Shown in pieces: positions 38,345 through 56,578 of a DNA stretch of 64,000 nucleotides. Every line of letters begins with the position of its first letter. Position 1 is the stretch's first letter. The notes under the pieces are model-generated. The model was not told the origin of the DNA. It ran no database searches and was given only the letters and a program-made list of their open reading frames with translations. The DNA lies in the NCBI RefSeq assembly GCF_009914755.1, contig NC_060934.1; one strand, given 5' to 3'. This stretch comes from the human T2T-CHM13v2.0 reference genome, Homo sapiens. Both the position numbers and the translations under genes were made by a program.

Positions 38345-39576
38345 TGATTCTTTAACCAGCTGAGTAGGTGTTATTTTATTATCCCCATTTAACAAAGGAA
38401 GTAACTTCCCTAAGTCACACCACACCTTTTATAAGAGGTGGACTTTGACACAAGCCCACATCTCCCAACTGCTTTGATATTTCTTTCCATTCTGAGACCC
38501 CATGTTTGTTAGCTTGTTTGAGTGAATGAGTGAGCTCTGAGCCTTCCCTCAACACACACACACCTCTACAGTCCTGTACTCATGTCCCCTTCCTTGCTAT
38601 TTCCTCTGTGTGGCCTCTGCCAAGCACAACCCCGAACGCTTATGTGGGAAGGAACCCAGAAGGGGGTCTTTACCCAGTACTCAGTCTTTGCAGAGCTGGG
38701 AGCAGCCTGCTGCCCCCACAGGGTAAGATGATTTCTTTCACGCTGCATTAGCCTATGAGACAGGCGTTCTGGCATGCTGTTCCAGGAATCCTCATGAAAG
38801 GCCTGAAGGGGTAGGGGGAAGCAGGTATTCATTGCAAAGCATGAGGTTGAGCTGCTCTTTCCACCTGGAGGGTGATCTGAGCTCAGCCCACTGCACTGCA
38901 ACTGGACACCAGGCAGCAACTGGCAGGGAGGTCCTGGAAGAGCTGGTGACACTGATGCTGTGTCATGCTCCTCAGAGGACACGACCCTGCCCTGCCCAGG
39001 GATTATAAATGGCTCTCCCGGGTATTGTTGGGTTTCTTTCCTTTCTACAATGAACTAACAGTCTCTGGACCACAGAACTATGGAGTATTTGAGTCATGGG
39101 AGGAGAGGAATAGTGTTGGGCAAAGAGACTGGTGGGAAAGAGGGGGACCCGGGCATGTACCCGGGCTGATGGGTGTGCACTGTGGGACCTGGACCTGCCA
39201 CATGACTCCTCTAGGCCTGCTTCCTTCCTTACCAGATGGCCATGAGCTTCACAATTTTAATGACACCTACCTTGCAGCATTGTTTTAAGGCTTAAATTGG
39301 TTTACTTGCTCAACAAATTACTTATTAAGTACCTATTGTGTTCCAGGTCTTGTTCTTGGTGCTGGAGAACAGAAAAAGTCCCAGTCCTCATTTGGGGGAG
39401 ACGGATGATAAACAAACATATAAAAAACTTCAGACAGCGGTAAGTGCAATAAGAGAAATAAAGCGGAATGAAAGGGATAGAGTGGTAGGGGAGGCTATTT
39501 TAGATAAGGAATTTGGGGAAGATCTCTTTGGGGAGGTGAGACTGAAACCAAGACCAGGAAGAAGTGAGCGAGTGAG

Positions 39577-40525
<949 letters not shown>

Positions 40526-43321
40526 AGAGAGAGTGAGCCAGGTGGTATCTGGGGAAGAGCGTTCCTTGCAGAGGGAACAGCAAGTGCAGCAGGGTAGGAT
40601 CACACGAGACAATGGATATGACAGCCCTGGGCTGTCATGTAAACACAAGGACCCTCCAAGCCGGCCACTCCTCACTGGCCTCCTGAACCTCTGACAGCTA
40701 GCAAAGAAGTGACCAATTACAAAAACCTAAGTATTACACTTTACATTTCCAAAGGTCCTGGGTCCCCTCCCGTGAGCACCACTCCAGGAACAGGCAGAAA
40801 GAGAATGGAAACAACTTTCCTCATGCCTCTATTACAGCACTTACGTCTCATGATCTCTTTACAAATCACTCTCACCCCTGGGACTGGGCTCCTGCAGGCA
40901 GGACTGCTTCTCACTTCTTAGGGACCCTGAGGGGCACTGGCGAGCCACACTACCTTTGGAATCCTGCGTTGGAACGCTTGTTCTGTCATGTTCTTGCTGT
41001 GTGAGTTCAGGCATGGTTTTTTTTTTTGCCTTTCTGAGCCTGAGCTTCCTCATCTGTAAGATGGGGGCATTTTTATAGCTAATTCCCAGAACTGTTTTGA
41101 GAATCAACTGGGCCCAGCATACTGTAAGTGCAAAAGTGTAGGTAAATTATTGTCATTGCTCACATTCTGAATGCCTGACAGTAAGTGCTCAAAAAATTTG
41201 GTAGAATAGAACTCAAGAGTAAGAAAATCCTCCAGGAAGAATTTCATGTTTAGAGCTGCTGCTATTTCGAGGGGATGTGCTTACCCTGCAAGTACCCAGG
41301 GAAGGATATAGTCATCTGTCTGAGAACACCTGTGAGACACGACATTGACTCAAGTTCCTAATCTGATCCCTTGCTCCAGAGCCTGTTTTGATGTCCTGTT
41401 CTTAGGTAGAAACCTTGTCAAACCATTAACATGATATGAACAGTTACAGTGTCTGATCTTCACTGGAAGCTAAGAAGTAGCATTCACTCCCCCACATATC
41501 TTTGGATGTCTTCCTGCTCCCACTAGCCTCCTCCGGAGCCATGTATGGGCCTTTCACTCACCCCACCCTGCCCCTGGCACTGTGTTGTAGCCACCTCTGA
41601 GATTTGTGGAAAGCAGTCTTAGAATAAGGTGAGCTAGGCAGAAGATAAAGCAGGAATCTCAGGATTTAGCCTTAAGTTCTCACGTCCTGGAGATGAGACC
41701 TGCAAGGACCATCTTGGCAATGTAATTGTGTGGGTTGGAAAAATGGAAAGAAGCAGCTCATCATCCTGGATAAGGGAGGATTTGCGGAAAAGGGAAAGAA
41801 GCGCTTGGTGCTTGGATTCTGACAGTAGGCTGATGGCTGGAGGCGGCTGGGCAGTGGAAGTGGATTCCCAGCGGCTGGCAGGAGTATGTGGCAGACAGGG
41901 CTGAGGAAGCTGTCTCCCCGGGGATAGCCTCCTTGCTTGCTCAGATTCCAAGTGACCGTCAGCATTTTGTTTGCTTTCCTGAGACCCAGCCCTGGCATGA
42001 AGAAATAATGGTGACCTTGAGACCCTCAACAAGCTGAATTACTAAACTTTGGTAAATCAATGCCAGGAATTGAGAGTGTTTAGCTCAAGTGGGCAGCAGA
42101 CCTAGGCCAAAATGGCGTTACAAAAACATGGAGGTCACTGTTAACACTGTGCACATGAAGTCAAAGTGGAAGTAAGCTATTAAGATCTTAGTATGAGTCA
42201 AAAAGGGCCGGCTGACAGTCCTTGGCTATATGACTGGGAGCAAGTGCCTTAACCTTTCTCAACATCAGTTTTCTCATCTATAAAACAGGAATAATAATTC
42301 CTGCCACATCTGACTCATAGGGTTCTCATGAGACTCAACATTTGAGCAAATTTAGAGCACATGATATCAAGTGATAGTACATGACTTCCTTTATGTTTCC
42401 CGCAGAGAGTGGTTGTGAGGCTCACCTGAGCAGCTACCTGCAATGATCAGCACATAATAGATGTGCAAGAATTATAATTCAATTGTTGCTTGTAAAAATG
42501 CTACACGTGAAAATGCAATATAAGTGCACAGAGTATTATAAAGTGTCAATTCTTATTTTCATCTTTTATTCATCTGCTAGCAGATAGGATTAATACACGA
42601 TCCCACAGTCACCTGTCCAGCCAGGTAAATTTTTCCATCCCTGGTCCCAGGGGACCTCAGTAACTTCTTGCCATCCTCCTTACTCCTCAAGTCAGCCCCA
42701 CACACGATCTCTTCCTCCTGAAGAACAATGCCTCTTACAGGCACAGGACTCCAGTCCCCTCCAATTTGGTCTTTGAAGCAAGACCTCCCTTTTCTGCTCT
42801 CAGGATCAAGCCGCCTCTCCTCCATACCTCCGCTTCTTCCTTGAGCCATGACTGCCAGACGGAATGCCCTTGTCTCACCTCTCTTCTTTTTTCAGGCTCA
42901 ACTCTTCTTCAAAATTCATACCCCTCCTTCCTCTGGGAGCTTCCTCTGATTTACCCCACCCCACAGATCACTCAGCTAGTGTGGGCTCGGTTTGTGTTGT
43001 ACAATTTGGCTTTTGCTGACACTTGATTTTCTAAACGTTCTTTCAGCCCTGTGGCAGGGACTGCATCTTCTTCTGTCTTCACCTGTGCCTAGTGGAATAT
43101 ACTGTTTAAAGGAGGCAATCCAGGGAGAATATTCCTTGACCAAGTGTCCCTCACCTTATTGTTTGCCTTCCTAGGCCCCTCTCTAGCAGCAGAAGCTCCC
43201 CAAGGAGCAGTGCCACCCTTCAATGAAAAATCTTGCTTTAGATGTCAGTGGGGGTCCCTACCTCCCACCATACCCAGGGAAAGCTTTCAGTTAGTGCCTG
43301 CAGGGGACTAATTCTTCATGA

Positions 43322-44123
<802 letters not shown>

Positions 44124-44639
44124 TAGTTTATTTTTCTATGTATGCCTATAGACAGATGCCCAGGCTGTGTCCCCACCCCCACCATGGTGTGGTTCTAGGC
44201 ATGCCCTGGGAGGACCAGAATCTAAGACGTCTGAGCTGATGTCACTGGTGGGGAAATGCTTAGAAAGAAAGAGCAATCCTGAGTTTGCTTCAAGGTACAG
44301 ATTTGCTCCCACATTTCTCTTCCATTTTCCTTTGGTTTCTGTTCCCTCTGCATTTATGTGCATGCTCAGCAGTGGACATATAAGATAAAGAAGATCCTGT
44401 CTGTCCTGAGAGTCTCACAGTCTGGCAGAACTTCCTACCCCACTAGTGGGAAGCCTCTTAGAGGGTCCCTGGATTCCTGCTCTTCTCTATTGTGCTCCTA
44501 AATTTTGAGGTTAAAGATCATTTTAAGAATCTTATGGATTCTCTACCCTTGCTCCAAAGGCAGACATATTCAATATTTTGCATAAAACTCCGAGGGGTTT
44601 ATAGACCCGGTAAAGCCCATCCACAAAATCCACAAGCTC

Positions 44640-46830
<2,191 letters not shown>

Positions 46831-46836
46831 AAGTAG

Positions 46837-47484
<648 letters not shown>

Positions 47485-47707
47485 CTAAGCTGGAACTCTT
47501 ATACATTGCTGGAGGGAATTCAAATTGCTACGACCTCTTTGGAACTTCGGTAATGTCTTCCAAGGCTAAACACATATATCCCTGTCACCCAGCAAGTTTG
47601 CTTTCATATTTAACCAATGGAAAAGAGTGCTTCTTTCCGCTAAAGGACAGGTACAAGAATGTTTATAGCAGTAAAAACTGGAAATAGTGGAACACTGGAA
47701 GCAACCT

Positions 47708-48140
47708 GTGATGGTTAATTTTATGTATACTTGGCTAGGCAATGGTGCCTAGTTGTTTGGTCAAATATTAGTCTGGATGTTATTGTGAAATATTTTATAG
47801 AGGTGATTAACATTTACAATCAACTAACTTTAGGTAAAAGGAATTATCCATAATGGCCTCATCCAATCTGTTGAAGGCCTTAAAAGCAAAAACTGAGGTT
47901 TCCCAGAGAAGAAGGAATTCTGCCTTAAGACTATGACATAGAAACTCTGCCTGAGTTTCCAGCCTCCTGCTCTACAGAACAGCAGGACTTTTGGACTTGC
48001 CAGCCCCCACAACCATGTGAGTCAATTTCTTCAAAAAAAAAAAAAAAATCCCTCCTCTTTCTCTCTCATACATGCATATAATTGGTTATATATAACATAT
48101 ATAATTGGTTCTGTTTCTCTGGAGAACCATGACAAATATA
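47708..48140 (+). mobile_element. MLT2 (ERVL) LTR inside an old L1 fragment (47500-48520)
   Basis: tgtgatggttaattttatgt...ggttctgtttctctggagaacc. Confidence 0.8.
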
Positions 48141-49945
48141 TAACCCAAATATGTTTGGGTTGTGTATTAGTCAATGAGAGAATGCATACATAAAATGCAT
48201 AAATACTCAAACTACACAGCAATGGAAAAGAACAAATTGCTATATTCACACACATAGATGAATCTTACAGACATAATGTTGAGCCAGACACAAAAGAATA
48301 TATACTGTATGAATTAATGTTTACAAAGTTCAGGAACAAGCAAGACTAAGCTATAATGACAGAAATCAGAATATTGGTTACCTTTGAGGGATGATATTAA
48401 CTATGAGGGGACACAAAGGAGTCTTCTGTGGTTTTGGAACTGTTGTGTGTCAGCATGGTAGTTACACAAGAGCAAATATATGTGAAATTTCATCCAGCTG
48501 TGCATTTTATGTGTGTTGTTTTTTAAAGAGGTTAAAAAAGAGTACTTACTTTAAATGCTAACTTTCTCCATCCCCTCTATGGCTAAGCTGTAACCTCTAT
48601 ACTGTATATTTCTATATCCATATTGCAGATCCTGAAAATCTACTCAGGCCCCAAATACATGTTCATAATTATATTTCTTATGCCTATCCAAAAAACTGGT
48701 TTTCCTTTTAAAATTTGCAAGCCATCCAAGAATCCTCCTTCTCTGTAACCCCGAGTACATCTGATGGCCAAGTGCAGTTGATCAGCTTCCTAAATATCCC
48801 TCCACTTTGTCTCTTCCTCTCCTTCCCATCACTGCCTTTGTTTAGGCACCATAATTTCTGCTTGAGTTGCATCATCACCTAGGTGACAACAACACCTAAA
48901 TTAGTGTTTAAATAACTGAGGACTGTAGCTTTGCCCTACTGATGCATAAAACTGACCATCACATAGGCCTAGCCTCTACTCCAGTGCCCCCATCTGCTCA
49001 ATCTATGTTTGTGAAATGAAATGGCTCATTTCTAACCCCAGTACCATCATGTTCCAGACAAGTCTTGGTGTCTGACCATGGGAAGCAAGTAGTTATCGTG
49101 CATCCATTATGTGCAGTGCAGACAGAGGGTGATTCCAGAAATACAAGATTCTGGATTTTAATCTAGAGAGACAAAACGGTCAGATAAGTGCAAGACAACC
49201 TACAGGTAAGTTCCCACATGAATGTCTAAACCATCGTCAGGTGCTTTTCATCTTGTAACAATTTTTCTCAGGTTCATCTTTGTTTAAATGACAGTAGCCC
49301 CTCTGCTAGAGTCCCTGTCTCTAGCTCAGGCTCTCCCTGTTCCAGGGTCTCCTGTATCTGGGCTGCTGGTTGAATTGTCCTGAGATATTACTTCAGATTT
49401 TTACTCAGCAACCACCTGCTCAAGAACCACAAGAGCTCCTCATTAGCTGCCAAGGCAAGTCTAAACTCTTTTGCCTAGCTTTCAGGATCTCCATGCTCTG
49501 ACCCCTCCCAGGGTGATATGACAGCTGTCTTAATATTTTTGAAGGGCTGTCAGAGAGAAGGATTAGTCTGATTCTGTGCTGCCCCAGCAAGCAGAAGGTA
49601 CTATCACAGGTGGAAATTACAGAAAGATTTAAGTGCCTCGAAGTGTAAACATTTTCCATTCTACTTAGGGTGGCAGAGGTGGTGGTGGCGGTGGTGGCAA
49701 TAAAGGGAATACTGTGTGTGACTCCAACAGAACTTGTTCTCCACTTACCAGTCTAAGATTCCAGGAAATAACAAAATACTGCACATCCAGTATGTTGATG
49801 TATATATCATTAAGTATTTTTTCTATGTATAATTTTTTTGTAATTTTCAAAAATGAGATCTCACTATAACCAATTTCTTTCACATAACAGAATACAGTGT
49901 CTATCTTTCCGCATCATTAAATTTTCTTCCATCATCTCAGTATAA

Positions 49946-50331
<386 letters not shown>

Positions 50332-51879
50332 TAATATCAGAAACATTGCTATGGGTAGGTAGAATCTGAATGATCAAAAGGAGGATAGATAGGTTGGTGG
50401 AGAGAGAAAGTTCAGAGTGGTGAGACAGTCTGGCACCATCTCCTGACAGGCATTGAAGATATCTGGCCTGGAGACCAGGACGCAGGTTACCGGATAGTGG
50501 GGCTGAGGCTGGCCCTGAGAACATCTAGATCTAGGAGGCTTCTTAGAGGTCATCTTGCTTTGCAACCCTCCAGGAGTTCAACTTCACTGTATAGCATCCC
50601 TGGCAGGGCTGACCAGCCCCAGCTCCTGTATTTTAGAGCTCGCTGCTGTGCAAGGCTATCCGTGTCATTGCTGCAAAGCTCTGTCTGTTAGAAGGTCAAG
50701 TTCTCTGGGTAATGGGATTCGAAGTATTTTCTTTTTATCTGTGCTTTCTAAATTTTATGAAATTAGCATGATTCAACATTTATTGGCTTTTACGAAAGTA
50801 TTTTTTAATTCTATTCATCAAAGCCACCTTCTTCTCTGTTTACTCTGACCTACACTTATCTTTCCTGTCTCTAAATCTCATTGTTAATTTCTGTATAATC
50901 CAGTACATGTCTATATAGTGTCTTGTGTTATTAAAAGTTTGTTTCACTCATGTTGGTCTCAGCTCTCCAATGAAGAACATTTTCCTCTGGCCAAATTGTG
51001 ACTTATTTTCTCATTTTCCCTGACACATAGCACTGTGCAGGAATTGGCCACTTGATGATGGCTTGGTACTGGATTCTCCAGGTGTCACATGAACTACCTG
51101 GCTCTCCACAGAGGCTCTGGACCTGGGGATGCCCCCAAACACCCACAGTTCTCCTGGGTCTGCTGAGCCCCTTGGAAATGACCCAGGTATCCAGTCACTG
51201 GCATTGCTAATGTTCAACCTGTCACATTATTCTGCCTCTATCTCCCCTTTGACCTCTAGTGACTGGGCCAAGAGACCTGCAGAACCTAGTGTCCTGTCCA
51301 GATTCCAAACTAAATGTCCTCCAGTAGCTACAGCACAACTGGAGGCTGGAAGATCACTTTTGTATTCTTTTCTCATTATTTGTGAACAGCATTAGAGCTG
51401 AGGTGGTCTCTAGCCGCTACCAATCTTTAAGAAATTACCCCGCAATCCATTCTTGAAAAATAAGCCTTATTGCCATTGTGCCTACTGTGTGTCAGATACC
51501 ATGCCAGACAGCTCTGTAAAGCCGACCGCAGAGACTAGGTCCTGACAGCCATCCCTTTGCTCTCTTGCTCAGTCCATATGGGAGGCAGCTACTCAATTAC
51601 ATTTTTACTAGCAAACCCTCTGAAATGACCTTTACAATGATATCATCACACTCTTTTTACTCAGCAACCACCGCTTAGCACTATTAATCTCTCCTCTCCA
51701 CGCTAAATCAGAGGGGCAGCATAGCCTACTTAAATAAAGCTTAGGAGACCCTGCTGGTTTCTCGACAGTTTTTTTTCAAGTGCATTCAGACATGATTCTC
51801 CATAGATATTGAAGGGCTGTCAGATGGGAGGAGGACGAGATCTACTCTGTGACCGAATCCTATTGCTTCTACAACCCTA

Positions 51880-52550
51880 ACATGGCTCCCGGCTCCATGC
51901 CACAGTCCTGCTTCAGACCACCATGCACTTGCCTGGATTACCACAGCAGCCTCCTAACCAGTTGGCCTGCCTGTCCAGTCTTGCTCCTCTAATCCTTTCT
52001 CCAGAGAGCCTAAGTGATCTGTTTAAATTGTAAATCTGATCACACCACACCTCTGCTTAAAACTCCATAATGCTTTTGCATGGCCTTCAGGATAAATCTA
52101 AACTCCATAGCATCGCTTTGAAGACCCAGTGTCTGCTTGGCTCTCAGGCTGCATGTCTTGCCCAGATTGTTTCAGTCCTACCAAACCACTTGCACACCAA
52201 ATCCCAAATACTTTTTAATTCTCTTACCTCCAGGTCTTTGCCTAGAACATAACCCCTCCCCTCTTCACCAAGTTAGCTCATTTGCCTTCCAGGTGTCACC
52301 TCAGATGTCACTTCCTCCAAATGTCTACCCTGGTCACCCAAGGCTACGCTGGGTATCCTTCTGTCTTCTGAGTATCCTAGGTTTATTCTATCTTCTCTCC
52401 TGTCATTTTGTTTTGTAATTGCCTGTTTCCATGTATCTTCCTCTCCAGACAGTAAGCTCCTTGAGGGCTGGGATTGTTTTTATCTATCATTGTATTTCCA
52501 ACACCAGTGCTTGCCACAGAGACACTCAATAGTTAATGAATGAATGACAG
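51880..52550. mobile_element. L2 3' fragment
   Basis: cctggattaccacagcagcctcctaac..taagctccttgagggc..gaatgaatg. Confidence 0.75.
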
Positions 52551-53404
52551 ATGACCTAACAAGGATAGGTGGAAGACTCAGAGGGGTACATTTCTATGTA
52601 CTGAAGAACTTGCTAATAACTGGTGATATATAAAAAAAAAAAAAAGGAACACACTGACCCACCAAGCACAGGGAAAGCCCCATCTCTGAAAAGTCTCCAA
52701 GCAGAGCCTAACTGGTCATCAGGCAGGGAGCTTCCTCAGTAGATGGCAGTAGATGTGAGATGCCCTCCACTCATTTCCCATCTGTAGGAAGCCACGCTTA
52801 GATTCATTCGTGAGGTCAAAACACTTGGGCTGGGGTCCCACTTCTGCACTGACTGTGAGACTTTGGACTAGTCACAGCCTCTGAGCTTTCTTGCTTGTGA
52901 AATACAAATGACACCTGCACTGCCTACTTCAGAGATTTTGTGAGGTTCAAATGAGATCACACATGCTCAAGTACTCTGTGAAAGCCTTAAAATAAAATGA
53001 AATGTATTATTTACCATGTAATCTTCAGGACTTGCAGCTTCACTGAATAATTTGAGTTTCACAACTAAAATGGAAAACCAAGTGCCACACTGTAAAGCAC
53101 TGCTGCAGGCAGAGCTGCGAATTAGAGCAGAGATCTGCCCCTTCTGCGCTGCGCCCTAGGGAAGACAGTGGGGATCTGGAGCATCTGATTGGTTGGGATC
53201 TGTCAAGGGCTTGTTGTTCTAGCCATCAGGGAGATTGCTTGGGGCCTACCACTAATGTCTTAAATTGTCATGAAAATCAGCAGAAAACTACAGACATACT
53301 CAATAAACCTTTCCTTTGGGTCCCTTGATTTATGCTTAAAGGAAAGTCAAGAACAGTTAACAGCATTTCACTTCCCCTTTAGCAAGACAAACCCAATGAA
53401 ACCA

Positions 53405-53426
53405 TTTAATTTAAAGGCTTTTTATT
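53405..53426 (-). terminator. SLC25A28: SLC25A28 polyadenylation signal (AATAAA 53426-53421, plus ATTAAA 53410-53405); 3'UTR about 330 nt
   Basis: Plus-strand tttatt/tttaat about 310 nt after the stop; GU/U-rich sequence follows on the minus strand. Confidence 0.8.
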
Positions 53427-53731
53427 AGGAACCAGGGGAATGAGCTGCTTATCCCTCTATAACAGTCTAGAGCAGGTCATCAGGCCCAGGATGGAGAGAG
53501 GTTATCAAAGGTGCTGTGGTGTGCTTTGCTGCACGTGCTTAGGGCCTGGAAGGAAAGGTGGTGGCAACAGAGGTTGGCAGGAACTGGTGTTAGTCAAAAC
53601 ACCAAAATCCTGGGGGAGAGCCCCTCTACCTTCCTTCTAACTCCACTTGAGGTGGGAGCATTCCAGGAGACAGAGAATGTGACCAGGATGCAGCAGTGTC
53701 ATCTGAACCCCTGGCTTCGTTCAGTGCTACT

Positions 53732-54249
53732 TCACTTGCCAGCCCTCCACTCTTCTTGCCTTTTAGTGATTAGGTATTTGAAGAACTCATACACAGACCA
53801 TGCGATGGCTGTGGAGGGGATCTGGTAAATTACTCTGGCCTGCACCCCTCGGAAATAGGCGGTCACCCCACCTACTTGATATACCGTCCTGAAGGCACTA
53901 GCCATGCCTGTGATATGTCCTGTAATGTGTGAGTTCAAAGCCAAGGACTCCTGGGTGTTGAGCAGTGTTTTGCAAACGTCCAGTGGGGTTGTGGCTGCGG
54001 CAGCTACAGCTCCTGCGCAAGCTCCAGAGAGGACGTGGGAGCTTGGGTTGTACCGTCTCTGGGGGTTAAAGTGCTCCTGCAGGAATTCATAGGTCATGAA
54101 GTGAATGGCTTGGAAAGGAACGTTCATGGTCAGCTGGGTGGTGTAGCTGCGGTAAAAGGCCCCGGCCCCTTCATTTTGCCACACTGCCCGTACACAGTCT
54201 GTCACCCGGTGGTATGGTGAGTTGTACATCTGCATCCTCTGCTTGACCA
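53732..54249 (-). CDS. SLC25A28: Mitoferrin-2 coding exon 4 (VVKQRMQMY...EEWRAGK*), 518 nt
   Basis: Acceptor ctactag|TG; TGA at 53734-53732; 291+229+57+518=1095 nt=364 aa+stop; carrier signatures PAEVVKQR and PLDVCKTL. Confidence 0.97.
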
Positions 54250-55300
54250 CTAGTAGTGCCATCAACGAGGAAGGAAATGGTGACAGCAGCCAACCGGTGA
54301 TGGAGAGTATCCAGATTCAGAGCCCCAAGTCAGCAGATCAGCCAATGGAATAGAGAGAGAAAAAAGTATGAGTGAGCTGCTGGCTAACCTGAGAAGTCAG
54401 CTTCCCTTTTTTGAGGGGAAGGAGTAAGCAGAGGGTTGGTAACGAGTCAAAAAACAATAAACCCACTTCCATCAGGACTTCTGTAAAGCCAGCCAGTTCG
54501 CACACAGGACATATCTACAGTTTGGGAGCTTCAGAGAGTCTTCTTGAACTAAGTACCTATCTCTGATCTTACCCTCTAACAATTCCCAACAAGAAATGAC
54601 TCCATGATAGTGATCATCACGAACACAGGCCCCTAACAATCCCAATCCTCGCATACAAAGAGCACCTAACTTTTAAAATGTGAGATGGTGATCCTCCTAG
54701 AGGGGAGGAGACAGAAGTTCTACCAAAGAAAAGATTCTTAGCCAAAAAGAGTTGGCTTTAGTCTTCAAACACCTCCCACTCCCTCAAGTAGATAACATGG
54801 TGTGAGCTCTGTGGAGCTTCAGCTTAGCTTTGGCTCTTTCCACCCCATGGCCTTGCCCAGACAGAAAATGAACGTGGCAACAATGCTATCCCTTCATATT
54901 TGCTCATCCTCACATGGAGAATGTTTTTGGAGAATTTTCCTCCGACTGAAAAGCCAAGATCCCAGCAGAAATGCAGGGACTGAGTTCTATGATTTAACCT
55001 TTCATTCCTATCCCAACTAGCTTCATTCCAATAAGAAAGGCAATATATTTAAGTGTCAATTCCTGCAAATCATAAGGGGGAAAAAAAAAGTCAGAATCCA
55101 TCTTCACCTCTTTGAAGAAAAATGAATCTGCTAAACTTTCAGGACAGATCAAATCTACGACAAAGGAGACTCCCAGGAAAGCCCAAAAACAGGCCACATG
55201 GAGACATCTTTTTCTAGGGAAGCCCCAGGGATTAGTAAAATCCCAGTGAATCTGCTTCCTGTCCAAGAGGGTGCCTCGTTAGGTACCAAAAACATGGAGG

Positions 55301-55319
55301 GAGCACCCTCTAGTGGTAA
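55301..55319 (-). promoter_or_regulatory. CTCF motif in SLC25A28 intron 3
   Basis: Minus strand ttaCCACTAGAGGGTGCTC, one mismatch to the core consensus. Confidence 0.5.
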
Positions 55320-55425
55320 AACAAGGTAACAGAATTTCCCACCAAAACTGATGTGCTTTCTTCTGCAAACTGTAAAGAAATACAGGTGCAGCTGCCCACA
55401 GAGTGATAGGTTGAGGAATCATTAC

Positions 55426-55482
55426 CTTCCGCAGGGTTCATGGCTGCATCATGAAGTAATGTTGCCACACACCCGGCCGCAC
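55426..55482 (-). CDS. SLC25A28: Mitoferrin-2 coding exon 3 (GAAGCVATLLHDAAMNPAE), 57 nt
   Basis: Acceptor ttttcttgtttgcag|GT and donor G|GTAATG; phases match the flanking exons. Confidence 0.96.
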
Positions 55483-56578
55483 CTGCAAACAAGAAAACAA
55501 CTGCCACATGTAAGGCCAAGAGAGCTGACCAACTCACTGAGGTCCCCCAGTGAAGGGGAGTGGCTGTGCTACACTACAGCGGGGAAAAGTAACGTTAAGA
55601 GCTAGTCCAAAAGATGGGGACCCACTGCTCCTAAACTCCTGTTTAAGAAGGTAAAGTATCTGTTCCCACCAACTTTGTAAGGTCACTAATGTATTCCACA
55701 TCCATGATAGGAAGGCCAGCTCAAGTCTTATCAATAAAGATCATTCTGAGAATAAATGCAGCTCACACCCCAGACAGGAAGCAGATACACTGCTGCCTAG
55801 GGATGCCAGCACATCACCTGCCACCAGTGGAGGGAGATACGGGGGCCAGGTGGTCAGATCTCACAGAACCTCACCACAGAATCCCACCTCAGTCCTGCCG
55901 CAGAACCCATTTGCAGAGCCTAACATTTGTCTACAAAGATCTTTCGTTCAGGTCCTGAACTACTCTACCCCTCATCCTCTCCACACTCAACTTGGTTTCC
56001 AGCCGGTCCTAAAGCCCTAGGCTGCTATCCTTTCTCTTACTTCCACACAACCTTCTGGTTTCTTCATGCAGTTCCTTGGCCCCACCCCCATTCATTTTGT
56101 CATGAGGCTTTGTCATGTTCTCAACACAAACTGCCTCTGGTGAGTTGGGATCCTGAAAAGGTGAGGCAAAAAGCAGGGGCTTCATTAGTATCTTCCTTGG
56201 GTGGCTGGCTGGGTCGCCTCCAATCCTGCCCTAAGGAGCAGGACACCACCCAACTGTCAAACATAGACTGGGGGTAGTTCAGTGTGTCTCCACATTACCA
56301 GGGCATTAGAAGTTGATGCCAGGGAGATGAGAGGAACAAGTCAAGCTGGTAGGTAAGGGAGGATACTGTAACCCTTTGTTGAGGTGCCCCAAAGGAAAAG
56401 GCAGGGTTGAAGCGGCCCGTTGTCTGAGAACATCAGGTTTGGAAGTCCCTCCCTTATAATCTGGCCTATCCCAGCCCAAAGCTTCAGCTCCAAACCATGC
56501 TGAGACTGGAAAGCACTGACAGCAGCAAAGCCCAAAGAGTTGGGAAAGTGGGGGAACCAGCACAGGAAGGCTCAATAC

